Source of the DNA: a virus | Length of the DNA: 64,000 bases | IMG/VR virus record: IMGVR_UViG_3300020183_000033 | Coordinates: 25,972-89,971 of that record | Direction: 5' to 3' (one strand) | Part shown: positions 26,244 through 35,669 of the stretch, one piece after another | How positions within the stretch are numbered: the first letter of the stretch is position 1 | Layout: every line of letters begins with the position of its first letter | Position numbers and translations under genes: made by a program | The notes under the pieces: generated by a model | Databases searched by the model: none | The model's input: the letters and a program-made list of their open reading frames with translations, nothing else | Told to the model about the DNA's origin: nothing

Positions 26244-26442
26244 ATGATAAATTTGAAATATTACAAGCTGAATTTAGAAGTGCGCGATCCTTTTTTCGCA
26301 ACTTCTAATTCAGCTTGTTTTGATTTATGCGTACATCTTACCGAATACACTCCCGTAAAAGTTTATGATGCAAAAAGTAGTTAGTGATAAACCAACAACA
26401 AAGACTGATTATATCGGCGGCTTCGGTTTAACAGGGAAGTGA
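26244..26442 (+). pseudogene. dut: dUTPase relic with large internal deletion and frameshift
   Basis: N-terminus YYKL......P.FAT.NSACFDL (motif I) stops at codon 47; another frame gives DKPTTKTDYIGGFGLTGK* (degenerate motif V); motifs II-IV absent. Upstream promoter TTTACT-17-TAGAAT at 26188-26216. Confidence 0.75.
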
Positions 26443-26445
26443 TAC

Positions 26446-26859
26446 ATGACAGAAAAGCAGCGGTTTGAATCTTTTAAGAAATGGGTAATAGAAGACGATA
26501 TCACCGTAGAAGTTGATTCAACTTATTACGAGTTCGCCAAGACTCCCGTAGAAGACAGAATCATCAATGGTCAAGCTGGTTCTGATGGATATATTATTTT
26601 GTACAAAGATTCAAAAGAAAAAAATTATAATATGTTGACCTCTCTTCTTATTCACGAATACGGACATGTCGTTGAGTGGAGGGATAAAGGTAGAGATAAC
26701 CATAGTGAAAAACAAGCGTGGAAAACTGGTATTGAAAATGTACCAGAAGAATATTGGCCTCCCACGCTAAAAGAAGATTGCAAACTTTGCCTTGGTTCTT
26801 ATGGATACAAGAGGTTTAATTGGTTAGATAGGCTCGTGACACCTTTGGCGACGTCTTAA
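26446..26859 (+). CDS. Putative HEXXH zinc metallopeptidase
   Basis: LIHEYGH followed by E..AW..G. Confidence 0.65.
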   Translation: MTEKQRFESFKKWVIEDDITVEVDSTYYEFAKTPVEDRIINGQAGSDGYIILYKDSKEKNYNMLTSLLIHEYGHVVEWRDKGRDNHSEKQAWKTGIENVPEEYWPPTLKEDCKLCLGSYGYKRFNWLDRLVTPLATS

Positions 26860-26926
26860 ATTCCCTAAATAGTATTATGGTCCTGAATGATGTATTTGAG
26901 AATTGCTAATACTCAAGGAGAATTAA

Positions 26927-28018
26927 ATGCCTACTCACGGTAATAAAGATATTGTAACTTTTGCAAGTAAATACGATATCACCACAGGCGGAGTAATCAC
27001 CCGTCAAACTGGCACGGATAGCTTTTTCACAAAGGCAACTCTGGCTGGAGACTCAATTAATTACGCTGGTCAAGAATATGTAATCAAGTCAGTTGACTCA
27101 GCAACACAAGTAACTGTTCGCCTCGCAGAATTCGGCGGCACAATTACTGGTGCAACAGGTGCTACTGTTTTCGTTCAGCAGAAACCAAAGCACGTAAAGT
27201 TTATCACAGATCCATCTTCAATCACTGGTCGTAAAGACGTTTACGGTGTTTCAACTGGAGCGACTGGCACTTTCTCACCAACAGAACAACAAGTATCTAG
27301 AACCTACAACAATCACCCACAACACGCTGGTTGGGTAAGAAACATCAATGGTTATGGCGGAATTGATTCTGTTGCAATCACAAATAGTGGTTCTGGTTAT
27401 CGCGGAGTTGCTCCAACTGTTTCTTTCTCTACAACAAGAGGCGCAACAGGTGTTCTAGCAGCTTCTGGTACAGCTGTATTGTCTAACAACAACTCAGTAT
27501 CAAGCGTAACCTTTAGCAGCAACGGATTGTATACAACAAGCCCAGCAGATTGGGTTGGTGGTGCAACTGGTCTGGTAAATCCAGTATCAGTTTCATTTAC
27601 TGCTCCTGCAAATCTTGTTTATAACAATTCTACTAATGTTAACACTACTTCTAAGACAATCACATTCTCGACACCAACCTTTCTACAGAACGGCGATCCA
27701 GTAGTTTATGGTGGCGCTTCTGGCGCAACTGGTGTGACTGGTCTAACAGTAGGAACAACTTACTTCGTAAGATCCACTGGCGCAACTGGTATTCAGTTGT
27801 TTACAACTGCTATTGGTGCACAAACTGGCGCAACTGCTGCTCTAGTTGCTATTACATCTGACGGTGCACCTGGTTTCGGTGTGTTTCTCCAAGGTGTAAC
27901 TGCTACAGGTTCGCCTTTGATGGGTGGTCGCTTCGGACGTCAGTTAAACGAAACCTTGGTAGCGTTCAAGAACATTACCAATGATGCTGCTGACGACGCT
28001 GCTTTCCCTGATACCTAA
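26927..28018 (+). CDS. Virion structural/decoration protein rich in G/T/S
   Basis: CTAAATA late-type promoter at about 26865, AAGGAG SD, ITNSGSGY repeat domain, HAGWV motif, strong terminator. Confidence 0.7.
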   Translation: MPTHGNKDIVTFASKYDITTGGVITRQTGTDSFFTKATLAGDSINYAGQEYVIKSVDSATQVTVRLAEFGGTITGATGATVFVQQKPKHVKFITDPSSITGRKDVYGVSTGATGTFSPTEQQVSRTYNNHPQHAGWVRNINGYGGIDSVAITNSGSGYRGVAPTVSFSTTRGATGVLAASGTAVLSNNNSVSSVTFSSNGLYTTSPADWVGGATGLVNPVSVSFTAPANLVYNNSTNVNTTSKTITFSTPTFLQNGDPVVYGGASGATGVTGLTVGTTYFVRSTGATGIQLFTTAIGAQTGATAALVAITSDGAPGFGVFLQGVTATGSPLMGGRFGRQLNETLVAFKNITNDAADDAAFPDT

Positions 28019-28026
28019 TTTAAAAC

Positions 28027-28052
28027 AGAGGGACTCTTCGGAGTCCCTCTTT
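28027..28052 (+). terminator. Rho-independent terminator
   Basis: AGAGGGACTC-TTCG-GAGTCCCTCT-TT. Confidence 0.85.
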
Positions 28053-28060
28053 AATTTATT

Positions 28061-28831
28061 TTGAAACGGAATGGAACCTTGAGAATCAAATCCCTATGGA
28101 TGTCCGACCTGCATTTAGGAGCAAAAGCCTGTAACGCAGATTTGATAATAAACGTCTTAAAACATTTCGATATGGATTACATCATACTAAACGGAGATGT
28201 AATCGACTTTTGGCAATTGTCTATTTCAAGTAATTGGTCCGACAAGCACACCGAAGTTATTAGGGCCTTGTTTAAAAAGGCGAAACAAGGTGTGAAAATA
28301 ATAATCACCATTGGAAACCACGACGAAGTATTAAGAGAATACGCTCCACTTCATTTCGGAAGTACAATAACAATAACAGATCGATACACCTATAAATCTA
28401 TCTCACACGGCGAGATACTTTTTGTTCACGGAGACATATTCGACTTCGTTATCAGATCTCATAAATGGTTGGCTAGAATAGGATCTGTTTTATATGACGG
28501 TTTAGTTTACGTCAATCACTACTACAATAAATTAAGAAAAATGTTCGGACTTGATTATTGGTCGTTATCTAAGTATCTAAAAGAACAGACCAAGAAAAAA
28601 ATTGGAATACTATCAAAGTTCGATAGTTTCGTTGTAGATTATGCAAAGAAAAAGGGTTTTGCAACTGTTTCCGCAGGTCATATTCACATACCAGAATACA
28701 AGACAATAGATGATATCCTGTATATCAACACAGGGGATATGTGCGAGACAGGTTCTTTTGTTATAGAACATATGAGTGGAAAAATTAATTTAGTGAAAAA
28801 TTTCAATAAATTTGTGAAAAGACACGAATAG
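28061..28831 (+). CDS. LpxH/YbbF-like metallophosphoesterase (UDP-2,3-diacylglucosamine hydrolase family)
   Basis: SDLHLG, L.GD.ID.W, GNHDE, HGD.FD, YWSLS.YLK, GHIH, NTGD. Confidence 0.8.
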   Translation: MKRNGTLRIKSLWMSDLHLGAKACNADLIINVLKHFDMDYIILNGDVIDFWQLSISSNWSDKHTEVIRALFKKAKQGVKIIITIGNHDEVLREYAPLHFGSTITITDRYTYKSISHGEILFVHGDIFDFVIRSHKWLARIGSVLYDGLVYVNHYYNKLRKMFGLDYWSLSKYLKEQTKKKIGILSKFDSFVVDYAKKKGFATVSAGHIHIPEYKTIDDILYINTGDMCETGSFVIEHMSGKINLVKNFNKFVKRHE

Positions 28832-28850
28832 TTATATAATAAATATAGGT

Positions 28851-28903
28851 GAAGATGCCTTCGGGGTCTTCTACTTAAATCTCGCTTAAATGGAGAAAAT
28901 AAA
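28851..28903 (+). promoter_or_regulatory. Structured hsp20 5' leader, ROSE-like RNA thermometer candidate
   Basis: GAAGATGCC-TTCG-GGGTCTTC hairpin followed by CTCGCT-taaat-GGAG covering the SD. Confidence 0.55.
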
Positions 28904-29416
28904 ATGACTGCAACAAAGACATACACACTTACTTCTGGTTCGAATACCGCTGTTGGTAATACGACTGGAACATACCTCTCAGGTGGAAGTTCAACGGATT
29001 GGGATACAAACATCTGGAATTACTTCCCGATTTATTCAAACCAACTGGCTGCTTATTGGAATGAGCAAGCCAAGACTTCTGGCACCTTTCCTCCTTACAA
29101 TCTATTAAAGAACAGTGACAATTCAGAATTCGTTCTTTCTTTAGCAGTAGCTGGTTTCTCACCTGATGAATTAGATGTTACCGTAAAGGATAGCAAATTG
29201 ATCATCACTGGTAATGTAGAATCCAAGGATTTACCTGAAGGTTTTAGTTATGCTCATAAGGGTATTGCCGAACGTTCCTTCACTAAAGCGTTTACTCTTC
29301 ACGAGTACGTCGAGGTAAAGGAAGTGACCTTTAAGAACGGAATGCTAGAAGTTAAGTTACAACTAGTGCTTCCTGAAAACAAAAGGCCAAAGAAGTTCCA
29401 AATCACTTCTAAATAA
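28904..29416 (+). CDS. hsp20: Small heat-shock protein Hsp20 (IbpA-like)
   Basis: FPPYN, LAVAGF....L.V......L.I.G, Y.HKGIA.R.F...F.L, NGML...L....PE...PK.F.I. Confidence 0.92.
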   Translation: MTATKTYTLTSGSNTAVGNTTGTYLSGGSSTDWDTNIWNYFPIYSNQLAAYWNEQAKTSGTFPPYNLLKNSDNSEFVLSLAVAGFSPDELDVTVKDSKLIITGNVESKDLPEGFSYAHKGIAERSFTKAFTLHEYVEVKEVTFKNGMLEVKLQLVLPENKRPKKFQITSK

Positions 29417-29427
29417 TCATATGTGAA

Positions 29428-29458
29428 TCGAGGGAGGTTCTTCCTCCCTCGAATTTTT
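29428..29458 (+). terminator. Rho-independent terminator
   Basis: TCGAGGGAGG-ttctt-CCTCCCTCGA followed by ATTTTT. Confidence 0.8.
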
Positions 29459-29472
29459 AAAAAGGACAAATT

Positions 29473-30111
29473 ATGATCAAAGACAAAATTGAAGAAGTGC
29501 TGTATGATATCAAAGACGCGTACAGGAATATCAAATACTTCTTCCGATATCGTTTCACCGATAAGTATCACATTGTAGATACCAAACTCAAACCAGGTTA
29601 TTATGACATTGATATGAGAATGCTACATGCAAATTTCTCGCTGCTTGTAGATTATGTGGAAGTTGAACTTGCTCACCTTCATACTTGTTGCGTCCAAGAT
29701 GAATATGAAAAGTTGACATGGTGGCAGAAAAAGTTCGGAGTTCGTTCTGCTGATCTTGGATTGCGTTATTTGGATTTTAAACTAGACAAGAATGATGACC
29801 ACTACTCTAGATCAAAAGCTAAAGAATGCAAACTCATTAAGGATCTGTATCACTGGTGGACTGTAACTCGTCCTAGCAGAAAAGATGCGTATGAAAAATA
29901 TTACGAATTATCAAAACGAGTCGATATGAAAACTCTCCGAACTGATTATTTTTTAGATACTCAGAAAGTAGAAGACGCAGAACAAAGTTCTATTTTAAAT
30001 GAGTTAAGAGAAACTCTGGATCATTGTCATGAGATCGACCAACAATACGAAAAGGAAGACGAGAAGAATCTGATAGCTTTAATCAAAATCAGAGGATCTC
30101 TCTGGACATAG
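29473..30111 (+). CDS. Conserved hypothetical phage protein
   Basis: L.PG.YD.D.R.L.A.F..LVD.VE.E, LY.WW...RP.R, LI.LI.IR..LWT. Confidence 0.7.
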   Translation: MIKDKIEEVLYDIKDAYRNIKYFFRYRFTDKYHIVDTKLKPGYYDIDMRMLHANFSLLVDYVEVELAHLHTCCVQDEYEKLTWWQKKFGVRSADLGLRYLDFKLDKNDDHYSRSKAKECKLIKDLYHWWTVTRPSRKDAYEKYYELSKRVDMKTLRTDYFLDTQKVEDAEQSSILNELRETLDHCHEIDQQYEKEDEKNLIALIKIRGSLWT

Positions 30112-30113
30112 AT

Positions 30114-30731
30114 ATGGATAACAAATTACAACCCATCCTGGACGCATTTGTTGCTTGTGGAATAACTGATAAGTTTCTTCAAAAGGCAATCATTGCCAAC
30201 ATGAAGAAAGAATGCGGTCTGGTTCCAAAAGAAGAAAACCTCAATTACTCAAAGACTGGCAACCCAAGGATTCGTTCTATCTTTGGTTCAAGAGTAGCTA
30301 GTCTAACAGATGAAGAATTAAACGCAGCAAAGGCAAATCCAGAAGTATTCGCTGAGTTGATCTATGGTTCTGGTAATTCTATTGGTAAGTCCATGGGCAA
30401 CACCGAACCTGGTGATGGTTGGAAGTATCGTGGTCGCGGATATATTCAGCTAACAGGAAAGAACAATTACAAATACTTTGGTGACCTATCTGGGTTTGAT
30501 ATCGTTGAGAACCCAGACTGGCTCGTAAACAATCCTTCTTTGTCTGCTATGGTTTCTGTAAATTTTGTCAAGTACGGCCTAAAGAACAATCTTACATTTA
30601 CAGATCAAAAGTCAGCGAACAAAGCAGTTACACAAATAATTGGTGGCAGAGGTTTAAATCTAAACACAGGTTATGGTGCTGAATTGTTGGCCAAAGTAAA
30701 TCAATATTCAGAAGAAATAATTCTAGCTTAA
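30114..30731 (+). CDS. Glycoside hydrolase family 19 (chitinase-like) endolysin
   Basis: E....ENLNYS, MGN.EPGDGWKYRGRGYIQLTGKNNY. Confidence 0.85.
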   Translation: MDNKLQPILDAFVACGITDKFLQKAIIANMKKECGLVPKEENLNYSKTGNPRIRSIFGSRVASLTDEELNAAKANPEVFAELIYGSGNSIGKSMGNTEPGDGWKYRGRGYIQLTGKNNYKYFGDLSGFDIVENPDWLVNNPSLSAMVSVNFVKYGLKNNLTFTDQKSANKAVTQIIGGRGLNLNTGYGAELLAKVNQYSEEIILA

Positions 30732-30758
30732 CAATCAACTTCATACTATAATATAATA

Positions 30759-33281
30759 GTGAACCATTATACCAATGTACAGGCTTGGGGTAACAAGCTA
30801 TTCGTTCGTAAAGTAGAAAATGGAAGTCGGTTCAATGAAGAAGTAACTGACTTCCATCCTCCCATCTGGGTTCCTGCCAAATCTAAGACTTCCAATACTA
30901 AATTTAAAAATCTATCTGGTTATCCCGTAGAACAGTTCGACGCAGGTTCGATCAAAGAAACAAAAGAGTTTATCGAGTCAAACAAAGGCGTTGATAACTT
31001 CTCGGTCTACGGCGACATCCAACCTCCTTACCAATACATTTCGCAGAACTATCCGTCTGATATTCATTGGGATCTCTCTAATATCGTGATCGCATATCTT
31101 GATATCGAGACGGAGTGTGAGAACGGCTTTCCTGATATCGCATCCGCTTCTGAAGTAGTCAACGCCATCGCGATTAAGTTCACGAACCAATCTAAACAGA
31201 TTGTATTTGGATGCGGTGAATATAATCGTATGAACACAGGAAACTTTGATTACGTAAAGTGTTCTTCGGAACATGAGTTACTAGAGAAGTTCATGAAAGT
31301 ATGGCGCGACAACTGCCCAGATATTATTACAGGCTGGAACGTTAAGTTCTTCGATATCCCTTACCTCACGAACCGCATCACGAAACTGTTCGGTGACACA
31401 AAGGCTTCTTATCTTTCACCTTGGCGTATTCTAAAACCACGCGAAATTGAGATCATGGGAAGAACACAATCTACTTATGAAATCTTCGGCATCTCAGTTC
31501 TTGATTACATTGACCTGTACAAGAAATTCACCTACACAAATCAAGAGAGCTACAAGCTAGATCACATTGCTTCGGTTGAGCTTGGTGTAAAGAAGATTGA
31601 TTATTCTGAATACGGTTCGCTTCATCTTCTTTACAAGAATGACTGGGAAAAGTTTATTGATTACAACGCTCATGACATTACTCTTGTAGAAGCGTTAGAA
31701 GATAAGATGAAGTTGATCGAGCTTGCGATCACCATGGCTTATGACGCCAAGGTAAACTTTGATGACGTGTTCGGTCAGGTTCGTATGTGGGACGTTATCA
31801 TCTACAACCATCTACTCAAGAAGGGTTATGTTATTCCTTCTCGCAAAGAGTCAAAAAAGACTTCGATTGAAGGTGCGTTCGTTAAAGACCCGATGGTAGG
31901 TTTCCATAACTGGGTCGTGTCATTTGATTTAACATCTCTATATCCGATGTTAATTCAGCAGTACAATATCTCGCCTGAGTGTTTAGTAGAAAATAGTTTT
32001 AAAAACTTGGATATCAACAAACTAGTTGAGAAGAAGCTAGATACTTCTTGGGCTAAAAATCAAAACGTTTGTGTTACAGCAAACGGTCATATGTTTGATC
32101 GTACTGCGAGAGGATTTTTACCTGAGTTGATGGCATGGATGTTCGATCAACGTAAGGAATATAAAAAGAAGCAACTCTTTGTTGAAAAAGAATTAGAAGC
32201 TAAGAAACACGAGCTAAACGCAGTTGAACTAAAGAAATACACAAACGAGATTTCAAAATACAAAAATCTGCAGATGGCGAAAAAGATTGCTTTAAACTCT
32301 GCGTATGGTGCTATGGGTAATCAATACTTCAGGTTTTTCGATTCAAGGTTGGCAGAAGCGATCACTGTTTCAGGACAGTTGTCAATTCGCTGGATTGAGA
32401 GGAAGTTAAATGAGTATTTCAATAAGTTGCTTGGCAGTAATCGCGATTACATTATTGCTGTTGATACAGATTCAGTCTATATTGACTTCGATCCGATCGT
32501 CACTAAATTTGTTAAAAACAAAAATAAGGAACAAACAATTAACCTGATCGATAAGATCTGCGAAGATCAAATCGGTCCTTACATTGACAAGTCATATGCT
32601 GAGCTTGCTGAGTATATGAATGCGTTTGATAACAAGATGTCGATGAAAAGAGAATCAATCGCGGATCGTGGTATCTGGACTGCAAAAAAGCGTTACATTC
32701 TTCACGTTCATGACTCAGAAGGTGTTCGTTATTCTGAACCAAAGTTAAAGATCATGGGTATTGAAGCAGTGCGTTCTTCTACACCTGGGTCTTGTCGTTC
32801 TAAGATCAAAGACGCGCTAAAGATTATTATGACAAAAGAAGAAGACGATTTGATTCAGTTCGTGTCTGCCTTTAAACAATCTTTCTTTAAAATGAAACCA
32901 GAAGAAATTTCTTTTCCAAGAACTGTTAATGGGTTAGCGAACTATCGCGACAGAACTAACATTTACAAGAAGGCAACACCAATCCATGTTCGAGGATCCC
33001 TAATTTACAACCATCTTCTTAATAAGCTTGATCTGACCAATACATACTCTACCATTAACGAAGGCGAGAAGATTAAATTTATTTACCTTAAGAAGCCTAA
33101 TGTTATTCAAGAAGACATTATTTCGTTTTCTTCTAATTTGCCTAAAGAGTTTATGTTAAACGAATCAATTGATTACGAGAAGCAATTTGAGAAAACATTT
33201 CTAGATCCTCTAACATTGATTTTGGGAGTTATAGGTTGGAACCATAAAAAGATATCAACGCTTGACTCTTTTTTCGTTTAA
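30759..33281 (+). CDS. gp43: Family B DNA polymerase gp43
   Basis: DIETE exo I, GWNV..FDIPY, SFDLTSLYP, K..LNSAYG, DTDS, KKRY; no intein or intron seen. Confidence 0.98.
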   Translation: MNHYTNVQAWGNKLFVRKVENGSRFNEEVTDFHPPIWVPAKSKTSNTKFKNLSGYPVEQFDAGSIKETKEFIESNKGVDNFSVYGDIQPPYQYISQNYPSDIHWDLSNIVIAYLDIETECENGFPDIASASEVVNAIAIKFTNQSKQIVFGCGEYNRMNTGNFDYVKCSSEHELLEKFMKVWRDNCPDIITGWNVKFFDIPYLTNRITKLFGDTKASYLSPWRILKPREIEIMGRTQSTYEIFGISVLDYIDLYKKFTYTNQESYKLDHIASVELGVKKIDYSEYGSLHLLYKNDWEKFIDYNAHDITLVEALEDKMKLIELAITMAYDAKVNFDDVFGQVRMWDVIIYNHLLKKGYVIPSRKESKKTSIEGAFVKDPMVGFHNWVVSFDLTSLYPMLIQQYNISPECLVENSFKNLDINKLVEKKLDTSWAKNQNVCVTANGHMFDRTARGFLPELMAWMFDQRKEYKKKQLFVEKELEAKKHELNAVELKKYTNEISKYKNLQMAKKIALNSAYGAMGNQYFRFFDSRLAEAITVSGQLSIRWIERKLNEYFNKLLGSNRDYIIAVDTDSVYIDFDPIVTKFVKNKNKEQTINLIDKICEDQIGPYIDKSYAELAEYMNAFDNKMSMKRESIADRGIWTAKKRYILHVHDSEGVRYSEPKLKIMGIEAVRSSTPGSCRSKIKDALKIIMTKEEDDLIQFVSAFKQSFFKMKPEEISFPRTVNGLANYRDRTNIYKKATPIHVRGSLIYNHLLNKLDLTNTYSTINEGEKIKFIYLKKPNVIQEDIISFSSNLPKEFMLNESIDYEKQFEKTFLDPLTLILGVIGWNHKKISTLDSFFV

Positions 33282-33298
33282 TACAAGGAACTATTCAA

Positions 33299-33922
33299 TT
33301 GAAAGAAACAGAAGTATTACCGTCTCGATATAAGATCGCCAAATATTGGTTCAATCTAAAAAAGAACAACAACCCAATATACATAAAGTCAACAACCGAT
33401 CTAGGAGAGCCGCAATGCTTTGCTTGCGGCTTCTATAACCCTAGATGGGAAAGAAAAGTAATTGAAGAATGGGAACAGAAGAACAAAAAAGAGTTCTCTG
33501 GTTGGCATGAAGATGATCCTAAATTTGAATCATGGATGGAAAAGATATGGAGCAACACCAAGTTAGAAAGAGCGCATATCATAGCTTCTTCCGTAGAAGG
33601 TGATTGTAGTGTTGACAATTTAGTTCTTCTTTGTTCTGGTTGTCACTTAAATGCGCCAATGACAAACAACCCACAATACATGTATGATTACATCAACAAC
33701 AAACCATACTTTACTTCTAGTAATCTAGAACAATTTCAGAAGGATTTAAATGCTTCGCCCTATGGCGAGTCCATCATAGAGAAATTGACAAAATTAAAAA
33801 CAGAAGAAGAAGAGCAAGAAATAGTGAATAAGTTTATCGAAAAATTCAATGAATTGCAAGTAGGAAATCATTTTAGTCATGTTAGTAATTTTAGTTTGAT
33901 TTGCGCACTAAACGAGTTATAA
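33299..33922 (+). CDS. HNH endonuclease
   Basis: CFAC ... LERAHI.....GD....NLVLLC..CH. Confidence 0.8.
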   Translation: MKETEVLPSRYKIAKYWFNLKKNNNPIYIKSTTDLGEPQCFACGFYNPRWERKVIEEWEQKNKKEFSGWHEDDPKFESWMEKIWSNTKLERAHIIASSVEGDCSVDNLVLLCSGCHLNAPMTNNPQYMYDYINNKPYFTSSNLEQFQKDLNASPYGESIIEKLTKLKTEEEEQEIVNKFIEKFNELQVGNHFSHVSNFSLICALNEL

Positions 33923-33938
33923 TATAGTAAGAGGATCC

Positions 33939-34844
33939 ATGTCACTTTTAGATAAAATTTTAAAGAATTCAACAATCAAGACTACTTCTACTCTCGGTGA
34001 GTCAAAGGTATTCACTAAGCAGGAAGAAGTTTCTACTCCGATTCCTGCGATAAACGTAGCAGTTTCAGGAAAACTTGATGGTGGATTTGTACCAGGAATT
34101 ACAGTATTCGCTGGACCTTCAAAGCACTTTAAAACAGCCTTTGCCCTTCTCTTGGGAAAGGCATTTATGGAAAAATACCCAGACTCTGTGATGCTTTTCT
34201 ATGACAATGAGTTCGGTGCACCGCAGCAGTATTTTGATAATTTCGGGATTGATACCTCGCGCGTAGCTCATACACCGATTACCAATATTGAAGAGTTAAA
34301 GTTTGATATCGCAAAGCAGTTAAACGACCTGTCCGAGAAGGAAAAGGTTATTATCGTTATTGACTCAGTTGGTAATCTTGCTTCAAAGAAAGAAGCACAA
34401 AACGCCTTAGAAGAGAACTCCGCTGCCGATATGACTCGCGCAAAGGAGATGAAGTCTCTTTTCCGTATCGTGACTCCTCATATCAAGATGAAGAACATTC
34501 CTATGATTGTTATTAATCACACCTACAAGGAAATGGGTTTGTTCCCAAAAGATGTTGTTTCTGGTGGATGTGTTGTCGCTGGTACGATGATACAAACGCC
34601 AGAAGGATTGAAGGCAGTAGAAGAATTTAAAGTCGGTGATCGTGTAATTACTGTTGGTGGATCTAATCTTGTCACACATGTCTGGGACCCCACTACATTA
34701 GAAGAAGGAGAACCTGAGTGTTTCGAGATCGAGTTCGAAGACGGTTACAAGGTAGTGTGTTCCGAACGTCATAAATTTTTGATTGATGGAGTTTGGGTGG
34801 AGGCCAAAGATCTCTTGATAGGTCAAGAAGCTTCTGTAGTATAG
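33939..34844 (+). CDS. uvsX: UvsX recombinase N-extein (aa 1-210) fused to split-intein N-fragment (91 aa)
   Basis: AGPSKHFKT, FYD.EFG, IDSVGNLASKKE, ADMTRAK..KSLFR, NHTY, VVSGG, then CVVAGT.I.T..G (block A) and CSERHKFL (block B). Confidence 0.95.
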   Translation: MSLLDKILKNSTIKTTSTLGESKVFTKQEEVSTPIPAINVAVSGKLDGGFVPGITVFAGPSKHFKTAFALLLGKAFMEKYPDSVMLFYDNEFGAPQQYFDNFGIDTSRVAHTPITNIEELKFDIAKQLNDLSEKEKVIIVIDSVGNLASKKEAQNALEENSAADMTRAKEMKSLFRIVTPHIKMKNIPMIVINHTYKEMGLFPKDVVSGGCVVAGTMIQTPEGLKAVEEFKVGDRVITVGGSNLVTHVWDPTTLEEGEPECFEIEFEDGYKVVCSERHKFLIDGVWVEAKDLLIGQEASVV

Positions 34845-35669
34845 TATAGTCAAAAATCTGTTTTTTATATATCTATTATACTGTAGATAAAATAAGGAGC
34901 AGAATATGAACTATAAGAGAATATACGAAGAATTGATATTCAACGCAAAAAAATAGAGAAGTACAAGGTTATACAGAGAATCATCATATAATACCAAAGT
35001 GTATGGGCGGAGATGATTCTATGGATAACCTTGTACGTTTAACAGCCAGAGAACATTATTTGGCGCATGAATTGTTATTTAAACATTATAAGACTACTAA
35101 ATTGGCGCACGCTTGGTTTAGTATGTTGAGGCGTGATGCGAATCAAGAAAGGTTCTTTACTTCGAAACAATATGAAAAGGCTAGAATAGCACACTCAGAA
35201 GCCATGAAAGAAACCATGGGCGGTAGTAATAATCGTTTTTTTGGTCGAAAACATACAGAAGAAACTAAAAGAAAAATCGGAGAAGCTAATTTAGGAGAAA
35301 AACGGAGCGCAGATCAAATTAAATTATGGGTCGAACGAGTCGCTAAAAAACCAAAAAGCATTGAGCATCGTGCTAAAATTAGTCGCCCTGGTTTTATCAT
35401 GTTGAAGAATATAGAAACTGGCGAATGCATTAGAGTTGACAAACAAGTTGCAATAGGCTATAATAGTAGTATATGGAAAAATCCAGCTTCAATAACACAA
35501 AAAAGAGAAGTTTGCGTTTATTGTGGTAAAGAATCGGTATCAGGAAATATAAAAAGGTGGCATAATGAAAATTGTAAACATAACCCCGATAGGTAAGAAA
35601 CAGGTATATGACTTATCAGTTGAAGCGGTCGAACATTACGTACTGGCTAATGGTGTAGTAACTCATAAC
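34569..35669 (+). mobile_element. Split intein (IntN 34569-34841, IntC 35565-35669) flanking a free-standing homing endonuclease
   Basis: Cys1 after SGG; IntN ends at a stop; IntC MKI..I...G...VYDL.V...H.Y.LANG.VTHN followed by Thr+1. Confidence 0.92.
34906..35596 (+). pseudogene. HNH/NUMOD3-type homing endonuclease with a +1 frameshift in an A7 run
   Basis: AAGGAG SD, MNYKRIYEELIFNAK then stop at 34954. Removing one A restores NREVQGYTENHHIIPKCMGGDD...NLV.LTAREH..AH.LL and NUMOD3-like FGRKHTEETKRKI. Confidence 0.8.

Noticed and set aside
34845-35564. Group I intron interrupting uvsX
   Set aside because: No room or motifs for an intron core, and both halves carry intein blocks with their own stop and start
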